This document shows positions 1 through 13,157 of a DNA stretch of 64,000 nt, in pieces (the first letter of the stretch is position 1; each line of letters begins with the position of its first letter). The translations under genes were made by a program, and so were the position numbers. This DNA comes from Octopus vulgaris. Taxonomy: Eukaryota. The notes under the pieces are model-generated. The model saw nothing but the letters and a program-made list of their open reading frames with translations. It had not been told where the DNA came from and searched no databases. The DNA is taken from the NCBI GenBank assembly GCA_951406725.2, contig OX597820.1, positions 107,012,001-107,076,000 on the forward strand. The letters run 5' to 3'.

Positions 1-480
1 ACTAGTAACATGGAATCCAGTACAATCTGTTGCATGATCAGATCGTTGGCGACTAAACCAGCTCCTCCACTAGGCTTGCCTTGTGAAGAGGGTTGCTAGG
101 AACCCAGCAGGGCTAAATACAAGACCTGTCAAAAGGATGAATGAACCTAGTGTAGGTTCAATAACTATCTGGCAATAGCATGGGCACTCAGAAGTTCTAC
201 ACTGGTGTCTGGAATGCTGGAAGATCACTGGGAGTGAAGTTTTATTAAAGCTTGTCTCTAGAACTTGCTTTAAACCCAGGTGTTGTTTGCTCTGATAATT
301 GGTCATTGAGTCCTCTGTGATAGTCGGCAATTGATGGCAAGACAGGCTGCTACAGATCACACTATCTCAAAGTATATATGCATGTGACCGGGACGACATA
401 TGAACTTGTATTTCCACTAAAACTCCAAGCAACTTATTGGTTGGAGCTGGCGCAATCAACGCCAGGTGAATGTCACCACA
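1..480 (-). repeat. Probable interspersed repeat remnant, possibly the 5' region of a non-LTR retrotransposon
   Basis: Higher GC than the flanks, no DLG5-compatible exon; family not identified. Confidence 0.3.
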
Positions 481-871
481 AGTACAAATAAGTAGTAGGT
501 GTGTGCACATGCACATTCATGAGACAGTATCTTTGCATGTATTTCCCTGTCTTGACATTACATAAAAATTGTAAATGAATGACACTGTCATATAATTGAT
601 GTCCCTTGCTTCTAATCTTCTGTGTAAACATGTCTAGCCATAGAATATCTGTATCAATGAATACTGCTAATACTACACAAGCATGGAAAAGCAGATGTTA
701 AAACAATGATGACATGAAGTACTGCACAGGAATTACTCACATCCAAACAGCATATACAAATATGAACAAATATTTAATGTTTGTGCCCAGGTTAACTAGC
801 AAAGAAAAAAAGAAAGATAATATTAATATATTATTCTTCCTTTGATGAGGTGATTAAAAACATTTCCTTAC

Positions 872-986
872 TTCCTTCCTTGTTTCGAATGGACCCAAAA
901 ATTAGATAAAGGTGGCACTAGAGAAGGTGTGGAACTCCGTTCCAAAGGAAACATCACAGGTGACATTGGACTGCTGCGTTCTGATA
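872..986 (-). CDS. DLG5: DLG5 exon, linker (V)SERSSPMSPVMFPLERSSTPSLVPPLSNFWVHSKQGR
   Basis: Acceptor attcttgcag, donor AA|gtaagg, phase 1 in and phase 2 out, open frame continuing from the 6807 exon. Confidence 0.8.
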
Positions 987-1090
987 CTGCAAGAATAATT
1001 TAACATAGAGTTAATTAGGCGATATTACATAATAATAAAACACTAAATTATCTAAATTCAACACAATTCACTAAATAAATAATAATATTG

Positions 1091-1307
1091 TTAACCCTTG
1101 TGGTACTAACTCACCTGAAAATGATCAGGTTCTGATACAAACTTCCTGTTTTATAGATCTTAACTAAAACCTTCCATCAAAATTTCATGTGAATTTATAT
1201 TTTGAACACAAGCTTAATAATGATTTTTTTTTTTTTTTTTTTTTTTGCTGAAGTCTTTATTTTCAAGATTAATTGAAACAAAAGCAGTGTATTTAAACAG
1301 GGGTTAA
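1091..1307 (+). mobile_element. TTAA-flanked MITE family A (other copies near 36585-36797, 36810-36950, 47940-48065, 56470-56706, 56745-56931 inverted, 57540-57752)
   Basis: Ends ttaaccctt...ggggttaa; shared core aaacttcctgtttt...aaaaccttccatcaaaatttcatg recurs in the listed copies. Confidence 0.75.
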
Positions 1308-1734
1308 ATCAAATATTAACAAATTTGATGTGTGATTAATAAATAATTAAATGCAGAGATAGGGTGTGTGTATGGGTGGGGTTATAAAATATGGGAGTGG
1401 AAGATTCATCATGCAATATCATTTGCTATAACTAAGCAGCCAACAATGAAATCTGACTGGGGTTCAGATTTACAATGTAGTACCTTGGGCAAGTGTCTTC
1501 TATAGTCTCAGGCCAACCTAAGGCTTGTGAGTGGATCTGCTATATGGAAACTGAAAGAAGCCCATTGTGTATGTGGTGTGTGTATGTGTGTATTGTTATA
1601 TTTGGGGATGGTCATTTTTTTTATGCCAATTAACCATATATACTATATACTTGCTCTTCACTTCAGTTTTATTATTATCAGTTTAGTGTTCTTTGTCTGA
1701 AATCGTTCATAAATACATCCTGTGACCTCTTTTT

Positions 1735-4700
1735 TGTTGTGGCGAAAGTACGACACCCTCTGATGAGAAAAGACCGGACCACTACAGATAAATAGTAGCA
1801 GTCTGATGTAGTCAGCAGTTCGTAGTTTGGTTTTCGAAGTTCAAGTACAGTTTACAGTTCGAGTTATTGTGTTGGAAATATTGATGATTGGTTCATTTGT
1901 TACTGCTGCTGTTTCAATTTTGTGTTCTTATAATGCTGTTACAAGGTATTATTTATCTAACACTGACAATATCAACCATACTACGATATTGGAGGTGTAA
2001 GGATATAACATCTAGTGACAAGGATTTTTCAAAGCTTACATTGATTATTTGATCATTTGTGCCTGTGCCGGTGGCACGTAAAAAGCACCCACTACACTCT
2101 CAGAGTGGTTGGTGTTAGGAAGGACATCCAGCTGCAGAAACATTGCCAGAACAGATTGGAGCCTGGTGTGGCCTCCTGGCTTGCCAGCCCCAGTCAAAAC
2201 GTCCAACCCATGCCAGCATGGAAAACGGATATTAAACGATGATGATGATGATAATGATGGAGAACCTATTAGCTACAGTAATACAGCTTCAAGAGAAGCA
2301 ACAGGAACAACTACAGGAGTTGCAGAAGGAAATATTACAACAACAACAACAGTTAATTGAGTTACAGTTAAGGAAGTCCAAAAATTCAGTGAGTTTATTT
2401 ACACCAGATGGCGTGGCAAACTCGATTTCAGAATTCACTTATAATCTGGAGGAGGGTGTTACATTTCCTGTGTACTATAGAAGGCAGGAAAAAACTTTTA
2501 ACAAAGATTGCAAGTCATGGCTGGATGAGGAGAAAGTGAGGCTATTAATATGCAAGATAGCTCTGGGTGAGCATAAATACTACTTTAACTTTATATTGCC
2601 CAAAAAGTTGAGTGAGATTGATTTCTAAGAAACTATTGAATTACTATCAAATATCTTTTGTGACAAAACTTTGTTATTTAACACTTGAATGGAGTGTTGG
2701 AACTTAACAAAAAATGATGATGACGACTTTATTACATATGCTGGAGTAGTCAACCGTATGTGTGTAAACTTTAAACTTCATGAACTCACTCAGGGTATGT
2801 TTAAATCCTTTATCTTCATACAAGGCCTTACGGCAACTGAAGATAGAGAAATTTGGGCAAGGATTCTCTCAAAATGGAGCAAGCGAATCAAGACTTAACT
2901 CTACAGACTATTGCAGAAGAATGTTAAACAATGGTAAAACTGAGGCACAACATGAAAAAAATTCAAGATGTGTTGACCCAGGAAGTACAAACAAAAAGAG
3001 TGTCAGGCCCCAATCCATGTTATAGATGTAGAGGCCTACACTTCAGAAAAGAGTGTCTGTTTAAAAACCAAAGATGCTACAGTTGTCAGAAACTTGGTCA
3101 CAAGAGCTCACACTGCAGGACAAGATTATGAGGGTTGAATGCAAAGATTTCTAAGGTGTTTTCAGCAGAAAGTGATTACAACACATAAACAAGAAAATTT
3201 ATACACATAAAAATAAACGGGATAAATATTAAACTATAGTTGGATACAGGTAGTGATATTTCAATCATAAATTAGGATACATGGAGGAAAATCAGGAAAC
3301 TGAATTTATGTAAAACAGAGAAAATTGTGCATGGCATGATGTGTGATAAATTACATTTCATGGGTGAAATGTGTACAGATGTCACATTCCAAAGAGAAAC
3401 ATGCGAAGCAAAAATATTCATTGTGGAGAAAACAATCAATCTGTGTGGTACAGATTGGCTGGAGTTATTTGACTTATAACACCTCCTCCTAAGTATCTAT
3501 GGCAAAAACATAAATGGTTGTCTTGTTAAAAATAAATCATCTGAGGAATTGAGGAGAAAATTGAAAAAGATGTTTCCTCAAGTACTACTAGAGGACTCAG
3601 GTCTATGTAAAAAGACTGAAGCCTGCTTTCAAGGAAATGAAAATGCTGTGCCTGTATTTAAATCTAACAGAAAAGTACCATTTGTGGCAATTGAAATTGT
3701 AAATGAAGAGTTGGTCAGACTGGAAAAGAGTGGAATCATGAAAAAGGTGGATTACTCGAAGTGGGTGGCGCCCACTGTGTGCATTAAAAAAAATATAAGA
3801 TTAGGTTGTGTGCCAATTTCTCTACAGGATTAAATGGCTGCTTAAAAACATGCTATCACCTACTCCTGACTCCAGAGGACATTTTTGCAAAATTAAATGG
3901 TAGAAAAATTTTCTCCTAATTGCATCTGTCTGATGCTTATTTACAGATTAAAGTAAATGACAAATGCTCAAAGTATCTGATAATAAATACACATAGAGGA
4001 TTGTACAGTTATACCTGGTTACCTTTTGGATTAAAGGTTGCACCGGTAATATTTCAGCAAATCATGGACGCTATGTTATCTGATTGTGACTTTGCAATCC
4101 CTTATTTGGATGATATATAGATCAAGATTAATTGAAGTGAACAGCATGTGAAGCATATAAAAGCTGTGTTCAAGAAAATTAAAGAGTATGTGTTCACTAT
4201 GAGTGAAGAAAAATGTGAATTCTTTTTGCCTCAAATTAGGTACTTAGGGCAAATAATTGAGAAAAATGGTATACTGCCTGACTGTCGAGGGCAGACGCAA
4301 TAAAGAATATGCCTGCTCCAACAAATATACTAACATTACAAGCGTTTCTTGGGCTGGCAAACTACTACCAAAACTACATTCCTAACAATCACAAATCAGG
4401 AGCTCCATTGAATGACTTATTGAAAAAGGAAGTAAAGTGAAATTGGTCAGTTAATTGCTGAAATATGTGTGAAGAATTCAAAAAAATTTTAATCGCAGAT
4501 TTGTCTCTAGCACATTTGATCCTGAAATAGACGTTGTAGCATCTGGTGCTTCAGAGTATGGAATAGGAGCAGTTTTGCTACACAAGTATAAAGATGGAAT
4601 TATGCAACCAGTGATTCATGTTTTGTGCTCAATAGCAATGGTAGAGAAAAAATACGAACAGAAAAAGAAGCTCTATTGATTATCTTTGTTGTAAAAAATT

Positions 4701-6500
4701 TCACAGGTTTCTACATGGTAGACATTCTCTGTTACAAACAGATCATCAACCATTGTTATCAATTTATGGGGCAAAGAAAGGGTTACCTACCCATAAAGGG
4801 TTTATGAACTGACTACAACTTTGGGGTATAATATTACTAAATTACAATTTCAAAAACAATTGGTCATGTGGACTGTCTATCGAGACTAATTCCCCAAAAT
4901 ACAGAACCACTAGAGGATACTGTGATAGCCGCACTGCAGGCAGAAAATGAAATAAAATGTATTATGACTAATGTTATCCAAGAACTGCAAGTAACTGCAC
5001 AGGACATAATGATGAAATCTGTAGGCTATGAGGATTTAACAAAAATGAAAGAAGCTTTAGAAAAATAAGCAGAATAAAAATAGAAAATTTGAGTAGTTTC
5101 TCAATATGCGATGATATTCTGATGTATGTGCAAAGAGCTGTTGGACCAACTACATTACAAAAACATGTATAGCAGTTCAACAGCGGACACCCAGGAATTT
5201 CAAGGATGAAAGCTCTGATGGGGAGCTACATCTATTGGCTGACTATGAACCAGGATATCGAAAATTTGGTGAGAACATGTTAAGGTTGCATGCTTGTGGC
5301 CAAAGCCCCACCAGTAAAATATCAATCATGGCCGGAGACTGAGAACCCATGGTCTAGGTTACATATCCACTAAGCCAGACTGGTGAATGGCGCTTACTAT
5401 CAAATCATTGTAGACAGCTGTACAAAGTGGCCAGAGGTACGCAGATGCAATAAACCAACCGCTAAGACAACTATAAAGTTCCTATATGAATTATTTGTGT
5501 GGTATGGTGTTCCTGACATGTTAGTTTCTGGTAAGGGAATGCAATTCTTGGGGTAAAATGCATGTGATAAAACATATTTTCACTCCACCCTACCATCCAA
5601 GGTCAAATGGGCAGGTAGAAAGATTTGTGGACATGTTCAAAAGAGTGTTAAGAAAAGCTAGAAATGAATTATGTAATGATGAAGCATTAGATTAACCCCA
5701 AATCCAAAGTACGAATTCAGGAAAGTCACCCATAGAGTAGATGTTCATGAGAAGAATAAAATCAATTTTGATAAGTTATTGCCAGACAAAAAAAAGATGT
5801 AAAGGAAATGCGAACCATTTCAAAGTAGGAGATAAAGTGCATTTTAAAACCTACAAAAATGATAAAGAAGACTGGGAGGATGGCCTTGTAACCAAAAAAA
5901 TAGGAAGTATGATGTATGAAATTAAAGGACCATACTGAGAACAAAGGAGACACATAAATCAGGTAGAGAAGAGACATACCAAAGAATGGAGAGAAATTCC
6001 TTTGGAAGTATTTTTTGATGTAGCTGATGTCCCAGCACCAAAAGTAGTGGAGTCCCATAGAACAAGCATGAGAAAAATGGAAGCAGACCGAACACCTTGA
6101 GATAAGGCCCAAGCGAAAAAGATACTAAAAAATAATAATATAAATAAAATCTCTTTATTCCTTCGGAACTCAAAATCTCAAAAAAAAAAGGGAGATGTCG
6201 TGGCGAGAGAATAGACAGGGCCACTACATACAAAATGGTAGCAGATGAGAATAGACAGGGCCACTACATACAAAATGGTAGCAGTCTGATGTAGTTGGCA
6301 GTTCTTAGTTTGGTTTTCGAAGTCCAAGTATAGTTTACAGTTTGAGTTAGTGTGTTAGAAATATTGATTGTTGGTTTGTTACATGTTTGTTACTGCCGCT
6401 GTTTCCATTTTGTATTCTTATAACACGGTTACAGTGTACTCTTTATCTAATGTCAACAATATCGGCCGTACTACAATATTGGAGGCATAAGGATATAACA
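1735..6500 (+). mobile_element. Gypsy/Ty3 LTR retrotransposon 1, full length and decayed (LTRs 1735-2010 and 6196-6500)
   Basis: TG...CA LTR pair; PBS-like tctagtgacaagga; PPT aaaaagggaga; gag with CCHC knuckles, protease LDTGS, RT YLDD, RNase H and integrase fragments with many stops and frameshifts; flanks ttttt/gtttt. Confidence 0.93.
2057..2255 (+). mobile_element. RTE-LINE 3' end or RTE-tailed SINE nested in the Gypsy-1 leader
   Basis: gttaggaaggacatccagctg...ccaacccatgccagcatggaaa...(GAT)n matches the 3' tail of the RTE LINE at 39360-39555. Confidence 0.8.
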
Positions 6501-6806
6501 GTTTTATATGTGTGTGTGTGTGCATGCATTTTTGAGTGTACCCTTGTCTTGACATGATGGTTGTAAACAAGGATTACAGTCATAGAAGCAATGTCTGGCC
6601 ATGGGAAATATTACCTTGCTTGGAAACAGGTGAGGGTTGGCAATAGGAAAAACATCTAACCATACAAAATTTGTCTCAATAAACTGCCTGACTCATGAAA
6701 CGCATGGAAAAGTGGATGTTAAAACAATGTTGATGATGATGAAGATGACGTACTGCAGCAGAAATCTCAAAGAAACAGAATAGAAAGAAGTTTATGATTT
6801 CCTTAC

Positions 6807-7014
6807 CAACTTCAAATGAACTTGTAGAAATTCGTCCCACAGAAGATTTCGTTACTACACTGGTATTGGATGGAATACGTATTCGTTCGTGACCATGCTT
6901 TGGAAATGTAGAGCATCCACTGAACTCCTGAATCTCACGAGAATGTAATGGGTAGCGCTGAAGCCGACTGTATGGAAAGTCTTCATTGTGTGATGAAGTA
7001 TTATTATTGGTGCT
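6807..7014 (-). CDS. DLG5: DLG5 exon, linker STNNNTSSHNEDFPY...STFPKHGHERIRIPSNTSVVTKSSVGRISTSSFEV
   Basis: Acceptor cctgatctttcag, donor G|gtaagg, 208 nt open, RIRIPS motif resembling the DLG5 linker. Confidence 0.88.
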
Positions 7015-7707
7015 CTGAAAGATCAGGAAAAAGAAAAAAAACGTTAAAATAATAAAAAAACAAACATATATACATAAAACTTTCTTTGAATCTCATCACT
7101 GCACCATCCTTCAACCATTTTATATACATTTGCTTGTGACATTTAAACCCTGTGTATGTCTTGAAGACAGTGTAGTCTTGTAAATTAGACTGTCCAGTCT
7201 GTGTTTTTGTAACATTGATGTATACTAACAACTACTACAGCCTTTCTCCCTCTCTTTGACCAAGTAGATAAAACAATTAGCAACATCCAGAGATTAGCTA
7301 TACTTGTACACACACATCTATACATGCAAACATTTCATGTGTGTTACAGATGTTAATATGGGTTACATGGCTTTTACAGATTCTGCAGTTTACATAGCAA
7401 TCTTTAAACAGGCTAAAGCAAACTTTACTTTGTTGCTACCTACCCAACAAAGCTTACTACATACCTAAATAATGGTTTACTACAGAGATAACAGGCCTCA
7501 AGACTTATAGAGAAGAGTAAAAGGAAGTGATAATATTTATGCTTTTTTTTGTTCAAAATCATTAGTAATCTAAGTGAATCAAAATGATATGAACCAAAAT
7601 TCACAATTAGCACAATGGACTCTGTTTATTTGCAGCTTACAATCTTTCTGAAGAAATCAAAATAGATGACTGACTTAGTTACTAGATTTATGAAGAAATC
7701 AACTTAC

Positions 7708-7960
7708 AGGCTGTGATGATGTGGGTGACATACTAGAACGGAAGTCTATACTGCGCAAATGGTAGGGTGTACGGTCAGCTTCCATCTCAGGAATTGAAGT
7801 ATTGATATAAGATTGAGAGCTATGCCGAGGAGACACTGAATGAGTGTTGGATCCAAGAGTTGAAGAACTTGTGTTTACTGGTCCATTGCTTGAATGACTG
7901 GGTACTTGGTAGATTGAACTTTGGTTTGGTTGTCGAAGTAATGTGGTCTGACCAGCAACA
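7708..7960 (-). CDS. DLG5: DLG5 exon, Ser-rich linker
   Basis: Inside ORF 7699-7995; acceptor tattttttag, donor CCT|gtaagt; phase 2 in and 0 out. Confidence 0.85.
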
Positions 7961-9775
7961 CTAAAAAATAATGGGATCCAGAAAGGCTTATGCAAATGAT
8001 TAAAAAAACAAATATTTGATTTGCAGATACAAAGTATTTGGAATTTTTATTATGTTGTACATAATAAGATAAAGGCAGGGAAGGAATAACAAGAACTGAT
8101 GCCAAGGCAAAATCTGCCATCACTGATATAGAAAGAGAGTGATTAAAAAATTACTGAGGTTGCAATTAGCTGGCTGGTTGAATAAAATTTCTTCATGTGC
8201 AACTGAAGCAATATTAGTTTAAAATAGCAGTCTGTGTTATCACACTTAAAGAAGATATATCATGGAAAGTCAAGTGCGAGAAGTATGAATGCAAAAAGAA
8301 GATTAAGAAAGTTCTTGAAAGATGAACAGGTTAAAGTATCTCATCCAAGTTCAGGATGGAGATGATGGGTGGAAAAGACTGTAAAGGGTCTGGTGGGTCC
8401 CTTAAGGCACAAGACATTCAGTTTACAGTAAAGCATAGATTAGAGGAGGTGATACATGGTAGGCTTATGTAACAGGTTTTTGGTTGGGTTCTATCTGACA
8501 TTCTAGCAACAGAGACATATGCATCATTCCAAATATGAAGGTAACAGGCTTTCATTTCAGTTGTTGTTCAAAACAATATTTGTTAGAGTGAAGAAATAGA
8601 CTTACCATGAAATATAAATGGAAACTGAGACCAAGCAAGTGTATAGTTTTGGAAGTTTTATATTGTTAAATATTGCTAAAACTCTTGTTTATGACAAATG
8701 GATAGATTAATAGGTAACTTTTAAAAACTGTGAGTAAACACATCATTTTATATCCCTGTAAAGTGAACAAAACATTGGAGAATCAACCTAAAATTTAAAC
8801 TTGAAGTACCCACATTTCCTCTTTTTAAAATTTGTTCATCTTAAGAAGTACTTTCAATATACAAGTTCCTAAGAAAAAGCTTGTGTTAACCATTGAGTAA
8901 AATAAGCAGTGTAAGGCACCAAAGGAATTATTTTAATTTTTTCTTTCAAATAGCTTAATTAAAGAAAGAAGAACGGGTCGATAAATCCCTTATTAGGGTC
9001 TGCAAAATTGGTAAAATTATCCTCAGATACAAGACTTGGCCCTGAGCACAACAGAGTAAACTCCACTAAATATACTCAAGAAACCAAATGGTAATGACTG
9101 GGTAACTAAGTCTACAATTCAAGAATAGGAACAGTGTCCCGAATGGACAGTCATGCAGTTTCTATCCACCAAACTTTACTCACAAGGGTTTGATTGACCT
9201 GATGCTAGTATATAAGACACTTGTGCTAGGTGACATGCAGTGTTATTGAATCCGAAATGATGTAGCTGCAATGCAAACTTCTTAATTTCATGACCATGTT
9301 GGTGCCCATTGGTAGGGAAAATGGGAATGGATTTAGGCATCAATGTAGCTGGATTTGACAGAGGGAGTCTTGGCTTTCAACAACATATTCTTGTGTTTGC
9401 TGAGAATAGAGAAAACTGTGGAAGTAGGAAATTTAGAAATATTTTTGTCTGAATCTCAGCTGCGTGGTTTTGGGTTCAGTCCCACTGCATGCCACCTTTG
9501 CCAAATGTTTTCTACTATAGTCCTAGCTGACCACTTGTGAGTGACTTCGCTAGACAGAAACTGAAAGTTATCTGTCATATATATATATATATGTATACAT
9601 ATATATGAAAGTGTATTTGTGTATAAGTGTGTGTATACATGTATTATTGTCTCTTTGTTTTGACATCATATGATAGTTGTGAGGGAGTGACATCATTATA
9701 CAAGCGGTGTCCATTTTCAATCTTACATGAAAACATGTCCAGTTGGAGTATCAGTCTATAGAAAATCTGCCTCAA

Positions 9776-11922
9776 GCCCTCACCTGGCAAAGATGAGTTC
9801 ACCTGTCTTCACCCAATTTGTCTTTTACAGAGTGCAATGAGTAAACTCATCCAAAACATATCATTTCAAAAACAGTCACAAATGAGTTTATACATCAATT
9901 CTCATTTTTTTTTTTTTTTTGTTTAAATACAAATTATGCTTAGATGTTGAGCTCAGAAGATGACAATGAGTATGAACCTTCTATTAGAAGCTTGGATACA
10001 TGAGATGAGAGTGCAAGCTTATCTGATAATGGCTATTCTCTCTCAAGGGAGAAGGAGGAGGATGGACAAATTTGGTGTTAATGTGGTGTCAGAAGACAGC
10101 ATGCTTCCTCCACCATCATGCTTCTTAGTCACTGAAAATCCTGGAATATCAATTAATCAAGACACAGCTGATATGACTCCTTTGGATTCTTTTTTGTCTT
10201 TTTTGTGACAACAGAATTATTGGTTGAGTTGTGGACAAAACTAATCGCTCTGCTGAATAAGTGGAGAAAGAGATTGTATGTGGTGCCCTGTAACAAAAGC
10301 AGAAATTTGTGTGTGTTTCACCTTGAAAATACTTGGGGGTGTTGTGAAAATGCCAGATCAAGAAATTAACTGGTTGAAAGATGAACTACTTCAAAGACCA
10401 ATTTTTCAGGAGCTGATCAGTTTGAAATGTCATAATAAGATAAAACAGTATCTTCTTCATTTTGTGAATAATGAAACTTTTGATGCAGAAACACATCCCA
10501 ACTCAAAATTGTATAAAGTTTATGATGTGTTTATGATGTTTAGAGAGAACTTTATAAAGTGTTATACCCCTAAGATTTATCTATAGATGAAAGCCTTATG
10601 CTATTCAAGGGAAGTTTAGGATAGGTGCAGTACATACCTCTAAAAAGGAGTTAAGGTTTTTTTTTTGTGTGTGTGAAGCAAAGACTGGATATGTGTTTAG
10701 AGTAATCATTTATGTTGGCAAAGGAATACAGTTTGATTCAGAATATAGGGAATATCCCAGGAGTTCTCATGTTGTGTTGTCTCTGCTGAAGCCTTTACTT
10801 TGTAAATGTTACTGTGTTACTGTGGATAATTTTTACACTAGTTTGCAATTAGCTGATACTCTGGTTAGTCGCTACACTGATATTTATGGAACTCTCATTT
10901 GAATAGAAAGCAAGTGCCTGAACAGCTGAAAAGGGCAAAATTGAAAAAAGGGGAAGTTACAGTATTTCAACCATTCACAAATCTGCTATGAAGGGTGTTG
11001 AGACAAGACAAGGGCCTGTGAAGAAACCAGCAGTTGTATATGATTACAATTTTACAATGGATGGAGTTGACAAGGTGGACCAATAACTAGTAGATTATCT
11101 CATCACAAGGAAATGGAGTAAGAAATATTACAAGAAAGTCTTCTTCCATTTGATGGATCTTGCAGTATGGAATTCTTAGTGTACAATGTAGCAGTCACTG
11201 AGGCAGGAAAAGCAGCCCTCCCACACCTGAAATTTTGTATACTGATTATACAAGATATCATCACAAAATATGGGGCAGATTTACAATCTACTAAAATAGT
11301 AGGGAGACCTTCGACTTCACCAGGATGTTCGTGCTTTACACCAGGACATTTTCCAATGGAAATCCGAACAACAGAAAAGAAGATAAATTCAACAAGAAAA
11401 TGTGCCATGTGTTGTCTGAAATGTGACCATAGAGGGAAACCAGTCAGGAAAGAGTCACAATATATGTGTAAACTCTGTAATGTACCTTAATGTGCACCAC
11501 CATGCTTTGAAAAATACCATACCAAATAATCATTCATAAAATGCCAGAGAAAGTAAGATGTATGGGAAGATGAGGTAAAATAAAAGATAAAATGAGTACA
11601 GTATTTTATTTACATTTACTTTCAGTTGTGAAAGATTTTTGAGAAGACATGCTAAAAAAAAAAAACGAGTAAAATAAACGTGTAATTCCCCTTTACTTTT
11701 GATGATAAAGTTGGAAAAAGAAAGCGATAAATAAAAAAAAATATTGGAATTTTGCCTAAAATGGTATCTTCAAAATAAAATTTCAAGTAAAATATTGGAA
11801 ATAGATAAAAACAAAAATTATTTCCATAATCAGCATTAAAAATATAAAAAAAGCAATAAAAAAGTTCATCTGAAAATGAAATGTTTTCCTCAAAAAATGT
11901 TAACTCTTTGCTGGGGAAGGAG
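9776..11922 (+). mobile_element. piggyBac transposon, decayed (PGBD4-like transposase fragments 9960-11530)
   Basis: IDESLMLFKG, CEAKTGY, VTVDNFYTS, YNFTMDGVDKVDQ motifs and C-terminal Cys-rich domain; degenerate TIRs flanked by tcaa/ttaa. Confidence 0.88.
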
Positions 11923-12336
11923 TTAACATTAAAATGATGAGGAGGAGGAAAGAGGTTACTTCCACTTAACACTGTAAATATTGGCAATATTTTTATATAT
12001 TTGGATGAGAGAGAGAGAGAGATAGAGTTTTATATATAATTTGAAGATAAAGCAGGAGAAGAAAGCAGTGATTGATGACAACTGCCAAAATGTCATCAGA
12101 AGAAATGCTTTTATTTGAAGTGAGAGGGAAGAACATTGGATAAGATTAGTTATCATTGAAAAATTGTGTTGAGTATACAAAACATATGAAATGTGGATGC
12201 TACTTACAGAATAATTTATCTGAAACATATAGTCAGCAACCTTCTTCCAAATCAATAGAAATATGCCTAGTATGTACATACATACATGCCAATATGTACA
12301 TATATATATATATATATATACACACACACGCGCTGT

Positions 12337-12538
12337 CTGTATTTTCTGGTATACGGGTCAACAAAATATACAATGTAAACATGTAGTGTAAGCATTCAAA
12401 CATTGTCACTATCTTCCCAAATCCTGCTGCATTTTATATGGGAGTTTCAGTCCTCCAAAGTCGCCTTGGGTGACTAAGTCAATCTACCTTTTTTTATTAT
12501 AAATTATGGTCTGAAAAATTATATGCCGGAAAATACGG
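12337..12538. mobile_element. Tc1/pogo-type MITE with CCGTATTTTCCGG-like TIRs
   Basis: ctgtattttctggtata ... tatatgccggaaaatacgg followed by TA; a related 5' fragment lies near 23866. Confidence 0.65.
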
Positions 12539-13157
12539 TATGTATTGCACCTTAAGCAAGTATCTTCTACTACATTCCTAAGCTGACCAAAACATTGTAA
12601 CTGAATTTGGTAGACAGACTGAAAGAAGCTTGTGGTATGTGTGAGTTTGTGTGCGTGTGTGTGTTACTCTCTCTGTCTCTCCAATTCTCTTTCTCTCTTG
12701 ACATTGAGCACTAATTGTAAACAAAAGTCACCATTCTACAAACTGTGTCATTTGTTTGCAATCTTTTGTGGGAACACATCTAGCCACTATAGTGTCTATG
12801 CTCAAAAGACGAGGGAAATATTGCCTTGCTTAGTAACAGTGACAGTTGGTGAAAACAAGAGCAACTGGCTATAGAAAATCTGTCTCAACAAATATCACCT
12901 AATCCATGCAAGCAAAGAAACATAGGCATTAAAAAGATGATCATAAGCATACACACACACACAACGTATGTATGTATGTTTCTATTAGACATACACATAA
13001 CCAATCAAGAACAGAATCTAGCTGTAAGATATTTGATCTGAACTACAAACTGTCCAAGCAAATCAACATAATAAAAAAGAAACATAAAAATAAAGGTAAA
13101 ATAGCCAAACTAACCAAGCAATTATTTCTTTCAAAAATAGGGAACCAAAAATCTTAC

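Noticed and set aside
9960-11530. Domesticated PGBD gene (likewise TIGD at 21283-21711)
   Set aside because: Multiple stops and frameshifts with TIR relics indicate decayed transposons.
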